Source of the DNA: an uncultured Candidatus Binatia bacterium
Lineage (GTDB): Bacteria; Desulfobacterota; Binatia; Bin18
Assembly (NCBI GenBank): GCA_965214605.1
Contig: OZ243961.1
Span: forward strand, 3,296,001-3,360,000
Direction: 5' to 3'
Length of the DNA stretch: 64,000 nucleotides
Made by a program: the position numbers and the translations under genes
Notes under the pieces: generated by a model
Seen by the model: the letters and a program-made list of their open reading frames with translations, nothing else
Database searches by the model: none
Told to the model about the DNA's origin: nothing
In this document: piece after piece, positions 19,309 to 28,012 of the stretch
Layout of the letters: every line of letters starts with the position of its first letter
Numbering within the stretch: position 1 is the first letter of the stretch

Positions 19309-20280
19309 TCACTCCTCCCGGACCGCATTCATGACCTTGGCAATATCAAGCACGCGTGGGCCGTCCCAGGTCAGTTCGACTTCCCAGGCGTCGTCGGCGG
19401 TGACCGGAATCTCACGCTCTCCGTCCAGAGCGAGGATGGACGGCTTGAAGATGACCGGAGCGCGGTCGCCAATCTGCATACGGGTGTGGTGTTGAACGCC
19501 GACCGAGGTGACGAGCCCTGGTGCGATAGCTGCCGTGACCGCCCTTCCGCCGTCTCCGAGTTGCAGACGCAGCCCTGCGGCTTCATCGGGCCGGACGGGG
19601 TCGAGCATACCGCCAATTGAAGCCATGCCAATGTTGGTCGGCTGACCCTGAGTCAGAAAGAGTTCTTTGAGGCGGGCGACTTCCCATAGCGCCCGTGCAC
19701 CAACAAACTGATAGTCACAGACCGCGACATCGATCAGGGCGACATCGTCAAAGGCGCCGTTGCGGTAGAGATTGAGGCGTTTTGTCGGAAATGAGAATTC
19801 GTGGTGAGAGAGTCCCCGAGCCGCATAATAGCCGGCCGCCATACCAGCTAGGGTGGACTCAACAAAACGCGGAAACGCGTTATTGGTCCCTGTAGACAGA
19901 GGAATGAGGGGCATGGAGTCACATCCCTTGGTAACCACCCGGTTCGTGCCGTCTCCGCCCAGGACGATCGCACAGGCCACTCCCTGGTCTCGCATGAGGG
20001 CGGCCGCCCGCGTTGAGTCGGCCGCCTCGTCGTAGACCGACATGTCTAGCATACGGACGCGGGATTTTCTGGTGCCCTCAATGCCGGCCAAGGCTTTTGG
20101 ACCGATTGAGGCCGGGTCGGGGAAAAAAACGATCTCGTCCACCCCGGCCCCCTCTAGGCCGAGAACGGCCCGGCGGACAATGTAGACCTTTTCCTGGGTG
20201 TCGAGGACCGAGCCATGGGCGACCAGGCGACGGATGTCTTTTCCTGCCCGCGGATTTGCAATGATGCCAACAGCACTCAT
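19309..20280 (-). CDS. acoX: Acetoin catabolism protein X (ATP-NAD kinase-like)
   Basis: 'GIIANP..GKDIRRLVA', 'LGGDGTNR', 'STGTNNAFP', 'ALDGERE'; adjacent to acoAB. Confidence 0.88.
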   Translation of the reverse strand: MSAVGIIANPRAGKDIRRLVAHGSVLDTQEKVYIVRRAVLGLEGAGVDEIVFFPDPASIGPKALAGIEGTRKSRVRMLDMSVYDEAADSTRAAALMRDQGVACAIVLGGDGTNRVVTKGCDSMPLIPLSTGTNNAFPRFVESTLAGMAAGYYAARGLSHHEFSFPTKRLNLYRNGAFDDVALIDVAVCDYQFVGARALWEVARLKELFLTQGQPTNIGMASIGGMLDPVRPDEAAGLRLQLGDGGRAVTAAIAPGLVTSVGVQHHTRMQIGDRAPVIFKPSILALDGEREIPVTADDAWEVELTWDGPRVLDIAKVMNAVREE

Positions 20281-20308
20281 AAACGGTGGAGGCTGAGCCC
20301 CTGAGTCC

Positions 20309-21322
20309 TCAGAACAGCGTCAGAGCGGCTTCGGTGACCTTGGCCGCGTTCGGCAAATAGTGGTCTTCCAAAGTCGGGCTAAATGGCACCGGCGTATGCG
20401 GCGCGCTGACGGTTTTAATCGGCGCGTTGAGGAAATCAAAGCCCTTATCGGCGACAACGGCTGCAATATCCCTGGCGATGTTACACCGTGGGTGTGACTC
20501 GTCGACGACGACGAGGCGACCGGTCTTTTCGACCGAGTCCAACACCGTCTGCTCGTCAAAGGGTGACAAGGTATGGGGATCGATGACCTCGGCACTCCTA
20601 CCCTGCTTTTGCAGCTCTTCGGCCGCTTGGAGTGCGTGGTGAACCATTTTTCCGATCGCGACGATGGTCACGGCGTCGCCTTCCCGTTTAATGTCGGCCT
20701 TGCCCAAAGGAATCGTGTACGGCTCTTCAGGCACTGGCCCTTTGAAGCCACCCAGCGTGATATCTTCAAAAAAGATCACAAGATCGTTGTCCCGAATCGA
20801 TGAAATGAGCAGCCCTTTGGCGTCGTACGGAGTGGCTGGCACCACAGTTTTTACGCCCGGAATATGGGTGAAGAGCGAATAGAGGACCTGGGAGTGTTGG
20901 GCGGCAGCCCGAAAGCCTCCGCCACAGATGGTACGGATGACGAGGGGGACCTCGGCCTTGCCGCCAAACATATAACGCAGCTTGGCACCCTGATTCAGAA
21001 TCTGGTCAAAGCACACACCCATAAACCCGACAAACATCATCTCAGCGATTGGCCGCAACCCGGTGGCGGCGGCCCCCACCGCGGCTCCAATAAAGCCCGA
21101 CTCACTGATCGGGGTATCGAGAATACGGTCGCGGCCAAACTCTTGGACGAGACCCTTGGTGACGCCGAGCACCCCTCCCCACGCGTCCTCCCCCTGCAAG
21201 TGCTCCACGTCCGCCCCGCCAGCGACGTCTTCGCCGAGCAAGATGACTTTGGGGTCGCGTTGCATCTCCTGTCGCATTGCCTCGTTGAGTGCCTGATTAA
21301 AATTGAGCTGTCTTTCGGCCAT
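20309..21322 (-). CDS. acoB: Acetoin dehydrogenase E1 beta subunit
   Basis: 'DAWGGVLGVTKGL', 'DTPISE', 'AAQHSQ', 'PHTPVPFSP' typical of AcoB. Confidence 0.9.
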   Translation of the reverse strand: MAERQLNFNQALNEAMRQEMQRDPKVILLGEDVAGGADVEHLQGEDAWGGVLGVTKGLVQEFGRDRILDTPISESGFIGAAVGAAATGLRPIAEMMFVGFMGVCFDQILNQGAKLRYMFGGKAEVPLVIRTICGGGFRAAAQHSQVLYSLFTHIPGVKTVVPATPYDAKGLLISSIRDNDLVIFFEDITLGGFKGPVPEEPYTIPLGKADIKREGDAVTIVAIGKMVHHALQAAEELQKQGRSAEVIDPHTLSPFDEQTVLDSVEKTGRLVVVDESHPRCNIARDIAAVVADKGFDFLNAPIKTVSAPHTPVPFSPTLEDHYLPNAAKVTEAALTLF

Positions 21323-21391
21323 GATGGTCCCCTCCGGCAAGAAAGCGTGCAGCGGTCGGCAGTGAGCAGCCCAGACCGCTGGGCACACTTT

Positions 21392-22360
21392 TTAGTAAGT
21401 GACATACACGTCGGTAAAGGTTTCCGCGACATCCGGAAACGGACTGTCTTCGGCAAACCGGACGGCGCCTTCGATTTGGGCTTCGACCCGCTCGTCAATA
21501 GCTTTGAGCTCGTCTTCGGTAACAAGCTGGCGGGACAGGACGCTTTCCTTGAAGAGGGCGATCGGATCCTTCTCGGATTGATATTTTTCGTTTTCCTCGG
21601 CAATTTTGTAAGTCTGCTGATCGCCCTCGTAATGACCGTAGAAACGATAGGTTTTACACTCAAGAAGCGTTGGGCCCTGCCCTGAGCGGGCCCGCGCCAC
21701 CGCTTGAGAAGTCGCTTCGTGGACGGCGAAGATGTCGTTGCCGTCGAGGCTGACGCCGGGCATGTTATAGGCCGCCGCGCGGTCGGCGATGTTTTCGACA
21801 CTGCAGTGGTAATGGGCAGGCGTGGACTCGGCGTAGCCGTTATTTTCGGCAACAAAGATGACCGGCAGTTTCCAGATGGCGGCGAGGTTCAGGCTCTCGT
21901 GCAGCGTGCCTTGCTCGGAGGCGCCGTCGCCAAAAAAGCAAATCGTGACCTGATCGGTCTTGTTGGTCTTGGCGGTTAGACCCGAGCCGCAGGCCAGTGG
22001 TGGGCCGCCGCCAACAATACCGTTGGCGCCTAGCATGCCCTTGTCCATATCCGCGATATGCATGGAGCCACCCTTGCCTTTACACGTGCCGGTGGCTTTA
22101 CCAAACAATTCTGCCATCATGCCGCGTGGATCAACGCCCTTGGCTAGGCAGTGGCCGTGTCCGCGGTGGGTTGAGGTCATGTAATCTCTCTCGGTGAGAT
22201 TGGCACAAATGCCAACCGCGACGGCTTCTTCGCCGGCGTACAGGTGGACGAAGCCAGGAATCTTGCCTTTGCCAAACTCAAGCTTTACCCGGTTTTCAAA
22301 CCCCCGGATGAGCTGCATGCGCTCGTACATCCACACCAATTGCTCTTTGCTGAGTTCCAT
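21392..22360 (-). CDS. acoA: Acetoin dehydrogenase E1 alpha subunit (TPP-dependent)
   Basis: 'IPGFVHLYAGEEA', 'STHRGHGH', 'GKGGSMH', TPP motif 'GDGA...ENN'; AGGAGG RBS. Confidence 0.9.
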   Translation of the reverse strand: MELSKEQLVWMYERMQLIRGFENRVKLEFGKGKIPGFVHLYAGEEAVAVGICANLTERDYMTSTHRGHGHCLAKGVDPRGMMAELFGKATGTCKGKGGSMHIADMDKGMLGANGIVGGGPPLACGSGLTAKTNKTDQVTICFFGDGASEQGTLHESLNLAAIWKLPVIFVAENNGYAESTPAHYHCSVENIADRAAAYNMPGVSLDGNDIFAVHEATSQAVARARSGQGPTLLECKTYRFYGHYEGDQQTYKIAEENEKYQSEKDPIALFKESVLSRQLVTEDELKAIDERVEAQIEGAVRFAEDSPFPDVAETFTDVYVTY

Positions 22361-22625
22361 GCTGCCTCCTTATTGGCGCCCCTCAGTCGTCATGATAGAG
22401 GGCTGCCTGGCTTCATAGCACGAAATACGAAGGGGGGGAACACAAGAGGCTGGCGTCGCTCCCAAAGTTGGTAGCCTGGCATCAAGAGTTGGCAGGGCGG
22501 CGTTTGGCCCCGACTTGGGGCGCTCAACAGCCAGGGGGGAGCAGCACTTAGAACGCAACGGGGGAAGAGCTGCGCAGAGGCGACGCGGATCGCGGCGGTC
22601 GGCCTCGACACAACATCATCCCACA

Positions 22626-24008
22626 TCACTCTTCTTGCGACAGCCGATAGGCGGTGCCCTCAGTCATCTGATGGACGTTATAGTTCCACTCGCCCATCCA
22701 CTTCTCGACCACCGTATAGGCCGGACACTGGCCGCGGGCGATTTCTTCCCGCAGGCGTTCGAGGTACAGCGTCTCGTTTTCTCCGTCTTCATTGACGTCG
22801 TTTTGGCGTTCTAGGCCTTCCCAGGCAATTGAGACCAGCTCACTGGCATACTCGTGCAACCGGATACCTTGGACCCGGACGCCGAGGGCTTCTCGGTGGG
22901 CGGCTTTATAGGCGGCGAGCCGTTCTTCCCAGCTCCACTTTTTGACCAGATCCCAGGCCGCCCACAGCGGGTCATTGTCGTAGAAAATGCCTTTACACAA
23001 CGCAGGTACGGCCAACATCAGCTCATAGGGTTGGCTATCAAAACAGCGCAGCTCAAGGTAGCGCTTGATGCGTACCTCGGGGAAGAGCGTGGTGAGGTGT
23101 TGGTGCCAATCTTCGAGGGTGGCCCGGTGTCCGTCGTGACCGTGCTCAAGATAGTGCCGAAATGGAATACCGGTCATGTCGATCCATTGACCCTGCCGGA
23201 CAATAAAATACATTGGGACGTTCAGGGCATACTCAGTATAGTCTTCAAAACCGGCCTGATCGGAAAAGGCAAAGGGCAGCAGACCGCACCGGCGTGGGTC
23301 GGTTTTGGTCCACACATGGCTGCGCATGCTCATATAGCCGTTCAGTTTGCCGTCCGAGAAGGGCGAGTTGGCAAACATGGCGCTCAGAATTGGGACTAGG
23401 CCCATGCCGACCTTAAACTTGGTCATCGCGTCGGTCTCATCGCTGAAATCGAAGTTGACCTGCACGGAGGCCGTTTGTTTCATCATCCGATGGCCCAGCG
23501 TACCAACCTGATCCATATAGGGAGCCATGAAATGATAGCGCGTCTTGGGAATCCACTGAATATCGCTGAGGGGACTGAGCGGCTGCATGCCGAGATTCAA
23601 AAAGTCGAGTTCGAGGGCGTCCCCAGCCGCTAAGAGATGTTCGAAGTAGTTTTGTAACTCGGCAGACGTCCCGTGAATGGTTTTACACTGCTCGCCCGAC
23701 AGTTCGACCTGAGCCCCGGGCTCAAGGGTGATATTGGCCCGTTCGCCGCGCAGGGCAATCACATGGCCCTCTTCCTCCTGTGGCTCCCAACCCAGCGAGT
23801 CGGATAGCCGGAACAGGAGGCGTTCAATGCCTCGGTTTGTTGAGTAGCGGGCAGCTCTGCCGCTGCGGCGCGATACGCCGACCATTTCGTATTCCGTGCC
23901 GATGCGCCAGTCTTGGCGCAGTTTTCCGGCTTGGTAGAAGTAATCAGTGAGTTGGGATTGGTGCTCGACGACCTGTTCGGCGTCAGGTCCCTCGACGTAT
24001 TGCGACAT
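22626..24008 (-). CDS. gshA: Glutamate-cysteine ligase (plant/alphaproteobacterial type)
   Basis: 'IGTEYE', 'EPGAQVELSG', 'MMKQTASVQVNFD', 'FANSPF', 'HLTTLFPEVRIKRYLELR'. Confidence 0.9.
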   Translation of the reverse strand: MSQYVEGPDAEQVVEHQSQLTDYFYQAGKLRQDWRIGTEYEMVGVSRRSGRAARYSTNRGIERLLFRLSDSLGWEPQEEEGHVIALRGERANITLEPGAQVELSGEQCKTIHGTSAELQNYFEHLLAAGDALELDFLNLGMQPLSPLSDIQWIPKTRYHFMAPYMDQVGTLGHRMMKQTASVQVNFDFSDETDAMTKFKVGMGLVPILSAMFANSPFSDGKLNGYMSMRSHVWTKTDPRRCGLLPFAFSDQAGFEDYTEYALNVPMYFIVRQGQWIDMTGIPFRHYLEHGHDGHRATLEDWHQHLTTLFPEVRIKRYLELRCFDSQPYELMLAVPALCKGIFYDNDPLWAAWDLVKKWSWEERLAAYKAAHREALGVRVQGIRLHEYASELVSIAWEGLERQNDVNEDGENETLYLERLREEIARGQCPAYTVVEKWMGEWNYNVHQMTEGTAYRLSQEE

Positions 24009-24137
24009 GCGTCCCCCTTAACACGGCTCTCTGCCCGCCCCCAAAGCGGCCTTAGAGTAGCAAACACACTTGCTAAGGCAAGGGGTTTTTGCCGGGGAGG
24101 GGCTGCTTACAGAGGAGGGGAAAGGTAGTATCGGTGG

Positions 24138-24953
24138 ATGCCGAGGGATTCTATGCCCGAGAGAGCGTTGGCCCTAGACCGGTGGGAAGAGCTGGTGTCC
24201 CGCCTGCGCCAGAAACGCCCGGCCGTTTTCCTGGATTATGACGGCACCTTAACGCCTATTGTTGCGCGGCCAGAGCTGGCGGTGTTGGCTGAGGAGATGC
24301 GCCGGACGGTTCGGACGCTTGCTGCTCGTTGTCCGGTTGCCATTGTCAGTGGTCGGGACCGGATCGATGTCCAACGTCTCGTCGGTATTGAGGGGCTGAT
24401 TTACGCTGGGAGCCACGGTTTTGATATTGCCGGCCCGCCGAGTATGGGCCTGACCTATGAACAGGGCCACGGTTTTTTGGCCAGTCTAGATCGGGTTGAG
24501 CACGATCTCCGCCGGTTCTTGTCGGGGATTGATGGGGTACGCGTGGAGCGTAAGAAGTTCTCTCTTGCGCTCCACTTTCGTGAGGCTGCGCGTCAACACG
24601 CGGCGCGCGTAGAGCCGATTGTTGACGCGGTGTTAGGCCGTTACCCAGAGTTGCGCAAGGGCCTGGGAAAAAAGGTCTTTGAGCTGCGGCCAGCCATTGA
24701 TTGGCATAAGGGCAAGGCTGTGTTGTGGCTGTTGGACGCGTTGGGATTTACCGGGACGGAGGCTTTGCCGGTGTGCATTGGTGATGATGTGACGGATGAG
24801 GACGCGTTTAGCGCTGTGGCTGGACGTGGCCTTGGGATTCTGGTGGCAGAGGCGCCACGGGTGAGTGCGGCTGACTACCGGCTCAAGAGTCCGGCTGAGG
24901 TCCAGATTTTTCTCCAAAAATTCGCCACCGTGCTTGATCTGAAGGATGATTGA
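24138..24953 (+). CDS. otsB: Trehalose-6-phosphate phosphatase
   Basis: HAD motifs '[11 protein letters not shown]', 'SGR', 'GSHG', 'HKGKA', '[10 protein letters not shown]'. Confidence 0.95.
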   Translation: MPRDSMPERALALDRWEELVSRLRQKRPAVFLDYDGTLTPIVARPELAVLAEEMRRTVRTLAARCPVAIVSGRDRIDVQRLVGIEGLIYAGSHGFDIAGPPSMGLTYEQGHGFLASLDRVEHDLRRFLSGIDGVRVERKKFSLALHFREAARQHAARVEPIVDAVLGRYPELRKGLGKKVFELRPAIDWHKGKAVLWLLDALGFTGTEALPVCIGDDVTDEDAFSAVAGRGLGILVAEAPRVSAADYRLKSPAEVQIFLQKFATVLDLKDD

Positions 24954-25231
24954 CCACGACCGCTCCCTCGGGCAAGGGCTCAGTGACCTGTTCTCCTCTG
25001 TTGCAGATTGCGTGGGAGTCGGCGGCGGGTGAGGAAAAGAGGGACCATAAGGACCCTCCCGCTCCGAGGTCTTGGGACCGGGAGAACGCTAGTGGCAAAC
25101 GGGAGGTGTTGTGGGGGGAGAGTGGGGGACGTAGGGAGAGCGTAGCCTTGTAGGCGGCACTACCGCCGCTGACACCTAAGACGAGAGGGGGGGACATAGG
25201 GAGAGGTAGGGATTGCTCCTCCTGCGGCGGC

Positions 25232-25963
25232 CTAGGCTGACAGGGCGTTAATTTCTTCTTCAGCCAACTGGTGAATGTCCGAAAAATTGGGCAGGCGCTC
25301 TTTGCTGACAAGGAAAACGGCTCGAGTGCCAAGTGGGACAATCATGAACCCATCCCGCTGACTGATGCCTGGTAAGGAGCGTTTCCAGCGCCGTGAGACA
25401 AAAATTGAGACCTCCTCAGCCCGCCGCCGATAAACGAGTTGGACAAAGACTTGCCGGAGCGGATGGCTGACCCGTGCCCGGACAAAGTGGAATCCGACCG
25501 GGCTGAGGTTGGGGGAATCAAGCAACCCTTCTTGGCGCAACACATCTTTGAGGCTGTCGGGGTCAAGCCAGGGCAGGGAAAAGGTACTGTTGTCGTTCAG
25601 CCAGGTTTCGTGCACGAGCGCGCGGCTAAACGCTCGGGCTTCTGGATCGTACGGGGCTGAGAAAAGCTGTTGACCAACGACGAGGAAAAGTATGGCGGCG
25701 GCGGCCACCCCAACGCCGCGCCAGCGTCGGAGCCAGGTCCACGGCGCACCCAGAGCAATCACGGAGTCCCGCAGCTTGTCACTCACCTCGACCGGGCTCT
25801 GTCCGGCCTCCTTGAGACGCATGTCGAGCTGCTGCATGTCTTGCAGCTCCTGCTGACAGGCCGGGCAGGCGTCGAGATGGTCGGCCACAGGAAAGGTGTC
25901 GCGAGCGCTGAGTTCGTTATCAAGGAACGGGCTTAGGAGTTTGTGAATTTCTCTACAGTCCAT
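25232..25963 (-). CDS. Zinc-binding (ZAS/zf-HC2) membrane anti-sigma factor
   Basis: 'HLDACPAC' HxxxCxxC motif, one TM helix, overlaps the sigma gene stop. Confidence 0.85.
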   Translation of the reverse strand: MDCREIHKLLSPFLDNELSARDTFPVADHLDACPACQQELQDMQQLDMRLKEAGQSPVEVSDKLRDSVIALGAPWTWLRRWRGVGVAAAAILFLVVGQQLFSAPYDPEARAFSRALVHETWLNDNSTFSLPWLDPDSLKDVLRQEGLLDSPNLSPVGFHFVRARVSHPLRQVFVQLVYRRRAEEVSIFVSRRWKRSLPGISQRDGFMIVPLGTRAVFLVSKERLPNFSDIHQLAEEEINALSA

Positions 25964-26504
25964 GGCCAGATGTTCCCCTTTTATTCGGTATGGTGGGGTC
26001 GGTTAAAAGACGACGCAGTTCGCGTCTGGCCCGGTACAGCCGCGACATAACGGTTCCGATTGGAATATCAAGCATCTGAGCGATCTCTTTATAAGCAAAT
26101 CCTTCAACCACGACCAGCCATAACACCTGTCGAAATTGAGGAGCCAAGTGGCTGACGGCGGTAAGAATATCCTGGCTCTCGCCCCCGCTCCTGTCTTCTC
26201 TGCCTGAGGGGAACAGAGCGACGACTTTTGAGGAAGAGTCAATGTCTTCGGCGCCGAGTAAGGGGTCACGACGTTTTTTCCTGGCCGTTTTCTTTAAGAC
26301 GTTCAGAAGAATCTTAAACAACCAGGCCCGACAGTTTGTGTCCGGTGTATAGGTTTGAAAGGAACGCCAAGCGCGCAAATACGTCTCCTGGACCGCGTCT
26401 TCTGCGCGCGCGCGGTCCCCGCTCAGCCGCAGGGCGGTGCGCATGAGGGTATCAAAATGCGGAATGGCTTCCTTCTCAAAGGAGGCTTTTCTGAGCACGC
26501 GCAC
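25953..26504 (-). CDS. ECF RNA polymerase sigma-70 factor
   Basis: 'AEDAVQETYLRAW', 'RAWLFKI', region 4 'YKEIAQMLDIPIGTVMSRLYRAR'. Confidence 0.95.
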   Translation of the reverse strand: MRVLRKASFEKEAIPHFDTLMRTALRLSGDRARAEDAVQETYLRAWRSFQTYTPDTNCRAWLFKILLNVLKKTARKKRRDPLLGAEDIDSSSKVVALFPSGREDRSGGESQDILTAVSHLAPQFRQVLWLVVVEGFAYKEIAQMLDIPIGTVMSRLYRARRELRRLLTDPTIPNKRGTSGHGL

Positions 26505-26592
26505 TTTCTCCTAGAAAAAACCTGCTACCTTAGTACAATGAGAACACGCCAGACTTTATTCCCCTGTCCCCTCCCTGTTGGCTAAGACGGGG

Positions 26593-26910
26593 CTAGAGCC
26601 GCAGGTAGAGAGTGCCGTTTTCAATTTTTACCGGATATACCGTTGCCCGAGCTGGGCGTGGGCTGGTGCCGTCGCGCAGCTCAAATCGCCAGCCGTGCAT
26701 TGGGCATTTGATGCCGCCTCTGTCGTCGATAAAGCCTCGGATAAGCGGCCCTCTGCGGTGAGGACACCGGTTTTTGATGGCGTACACCGTGCCGTTGATA
26801 TTGAACAGGGCGATCTCCACGCTCTTGACCTTCACCAGCTTGCGTTCTCCAGGGGGGAGGGCGGCTGTGGGGCAGGCTTCGAGCCATTCGGCGGCAGACT
26901 CTAGGGGCAT
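26593..26910 (-). CDS. Rieske [2Fe-2S] ferredoxin (NirD-like)
   Basis: 'NRCPH...CPMHGWRF' Rieske ligands. Confidence 0.9.
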   Translation of the reverse strand: MPLESAAEWLEACPTAALPPGERKLVKVKSVEIALFNINGTVYAIKNRCPHRRGPLIRGFIDDRGGIKCPMHGWRFELRDGTSPRPARATVYPVKIENGTLYLRL

Positions 26911-26955
26911 GGACTGAACTGTCAGACGTCAAACCATAGTGATGTTTGCCGTTTG

Positions 26956-27939
26956 CTAGGGAATGTAGCCCCAGAGCCGAACGACAGCCCGGGGATCTGG
27001 ACTGCGGTAGGCTTTGTATTTCAACAGGGTATCAATACCGTCACAGGTCCGCTCCAGATTGGTCTCTAGATCCGGGAAGTCGCCCCAACCGCTGGGATTC
27101 TTATTGCTGAGAATCCAGTCCAGACCGCGCCCAATGGCCCCGTGGCCGTAGGCGTCCCCCAGCAAACGGGTCACGACCATCAAAGATCGGGTACAATCCA
27201 TAGAGTGGTCGACATTTTCCCCATCCCAAGAGCCGTCGGCAGCCTGCCACTCATAGAGCTTGTGGGTCCCTTTGGTGCACGCCTCACGCACCCCGCTGAG
27301 TTGGCTGTCCATGGCCAGGTCGGCAATCAGGGCGTCTTGAATAAGGTGGGCGGTGATCTCAACTCCCGAAGGATGAAACTCTTCGTCGTACCAGCCCCCG
27401 TCCTCGTCTTGATTATCAAGAATAAACCGTGCTCCCTTTTGCCAAGCCGGGACGACTTCGGACCGTCGATAGGGCTCTCCCAAAGCCATGACGACATTGA
27501 AGAAGCTGACCGGATGGCTAGTGGTGTCGAGATCCGCCCAGCTTGGATCGACCCATCGACCGTCGCCGTGTTGGGTATCAAGAAAATAATCAATCGCTCT
27601 GTGCACGGCTCGGCTGAGACGATCCTGCTGTAAAAAACGGTTGCCTCGAATCAGCATCAGGCCGCAAAAGGCCGAGACCCACACCGTGCTCTCTCGGTCG
27701 GCCGAAAACGGACTCCAACCCCCATCCCGCGTCTGGCAGTCAACCAGGGCGAGGTAGTCGTCCAAAAAATCTGGGGGAGTGCGGGCGTGTAGGACAACCC
27801 GCAACGCGTGCGCCACAAGCTCCAGATCTTGGGGACCAGCCGTCAAACTCCAGCCCGGTTTTTCGCGGACAAAAAACCTGTATTCGTCCTGCACGAGTTG
27901 GTCGATCTTTTCAAGAGCAAGCTCCATATCGTCCGTCAT
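26956..27939 (-). CDS. Prenyltransferase/squalene-cyclase repeat ((alpha/alpha)6 barrel) protein
   Basis: QW-type repeats QTRDGGW, QHGDGRW, QDEDGGW, QAADGSW, KNPSGW. Confidence 0.8.
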   Translation of the reverse strand: MTDDMELALEKIDQLVQDEYRFFVREKPGWSLTAGPQDLELVAHALRVVLHARTPPDFLDDYLALVDCQTRDGGWSPFSADRESTVWVSAFCGLMLIRGNRFLQQDRLSRAVHRAIDYFLDTQHGDGRWVDPSWADLDTTSHPVSFFNVVMALGEPYRRSEVVPAWQKGARFILDNQDEDGGWYDEEFHPSGVEITAHLIQDALIADLAMDSQLSGVREACTKGTHKLYEWQAADGSWDGENVDHSMDCTRSLMVVTRLLGDAYGHGAIGRGLDWILSNKNPSGWGDFPDLETNLERTCDGIDTLLKYKAYRSPDPRAVVRLWGYIP

Positions 27940-28012
27940 CCTTCATCTGTGACACTCCACCCATCACAGTGTACACGCCCGAACCGGTTTAGGGCGTATA
28001 AGGGGCGCGTTG

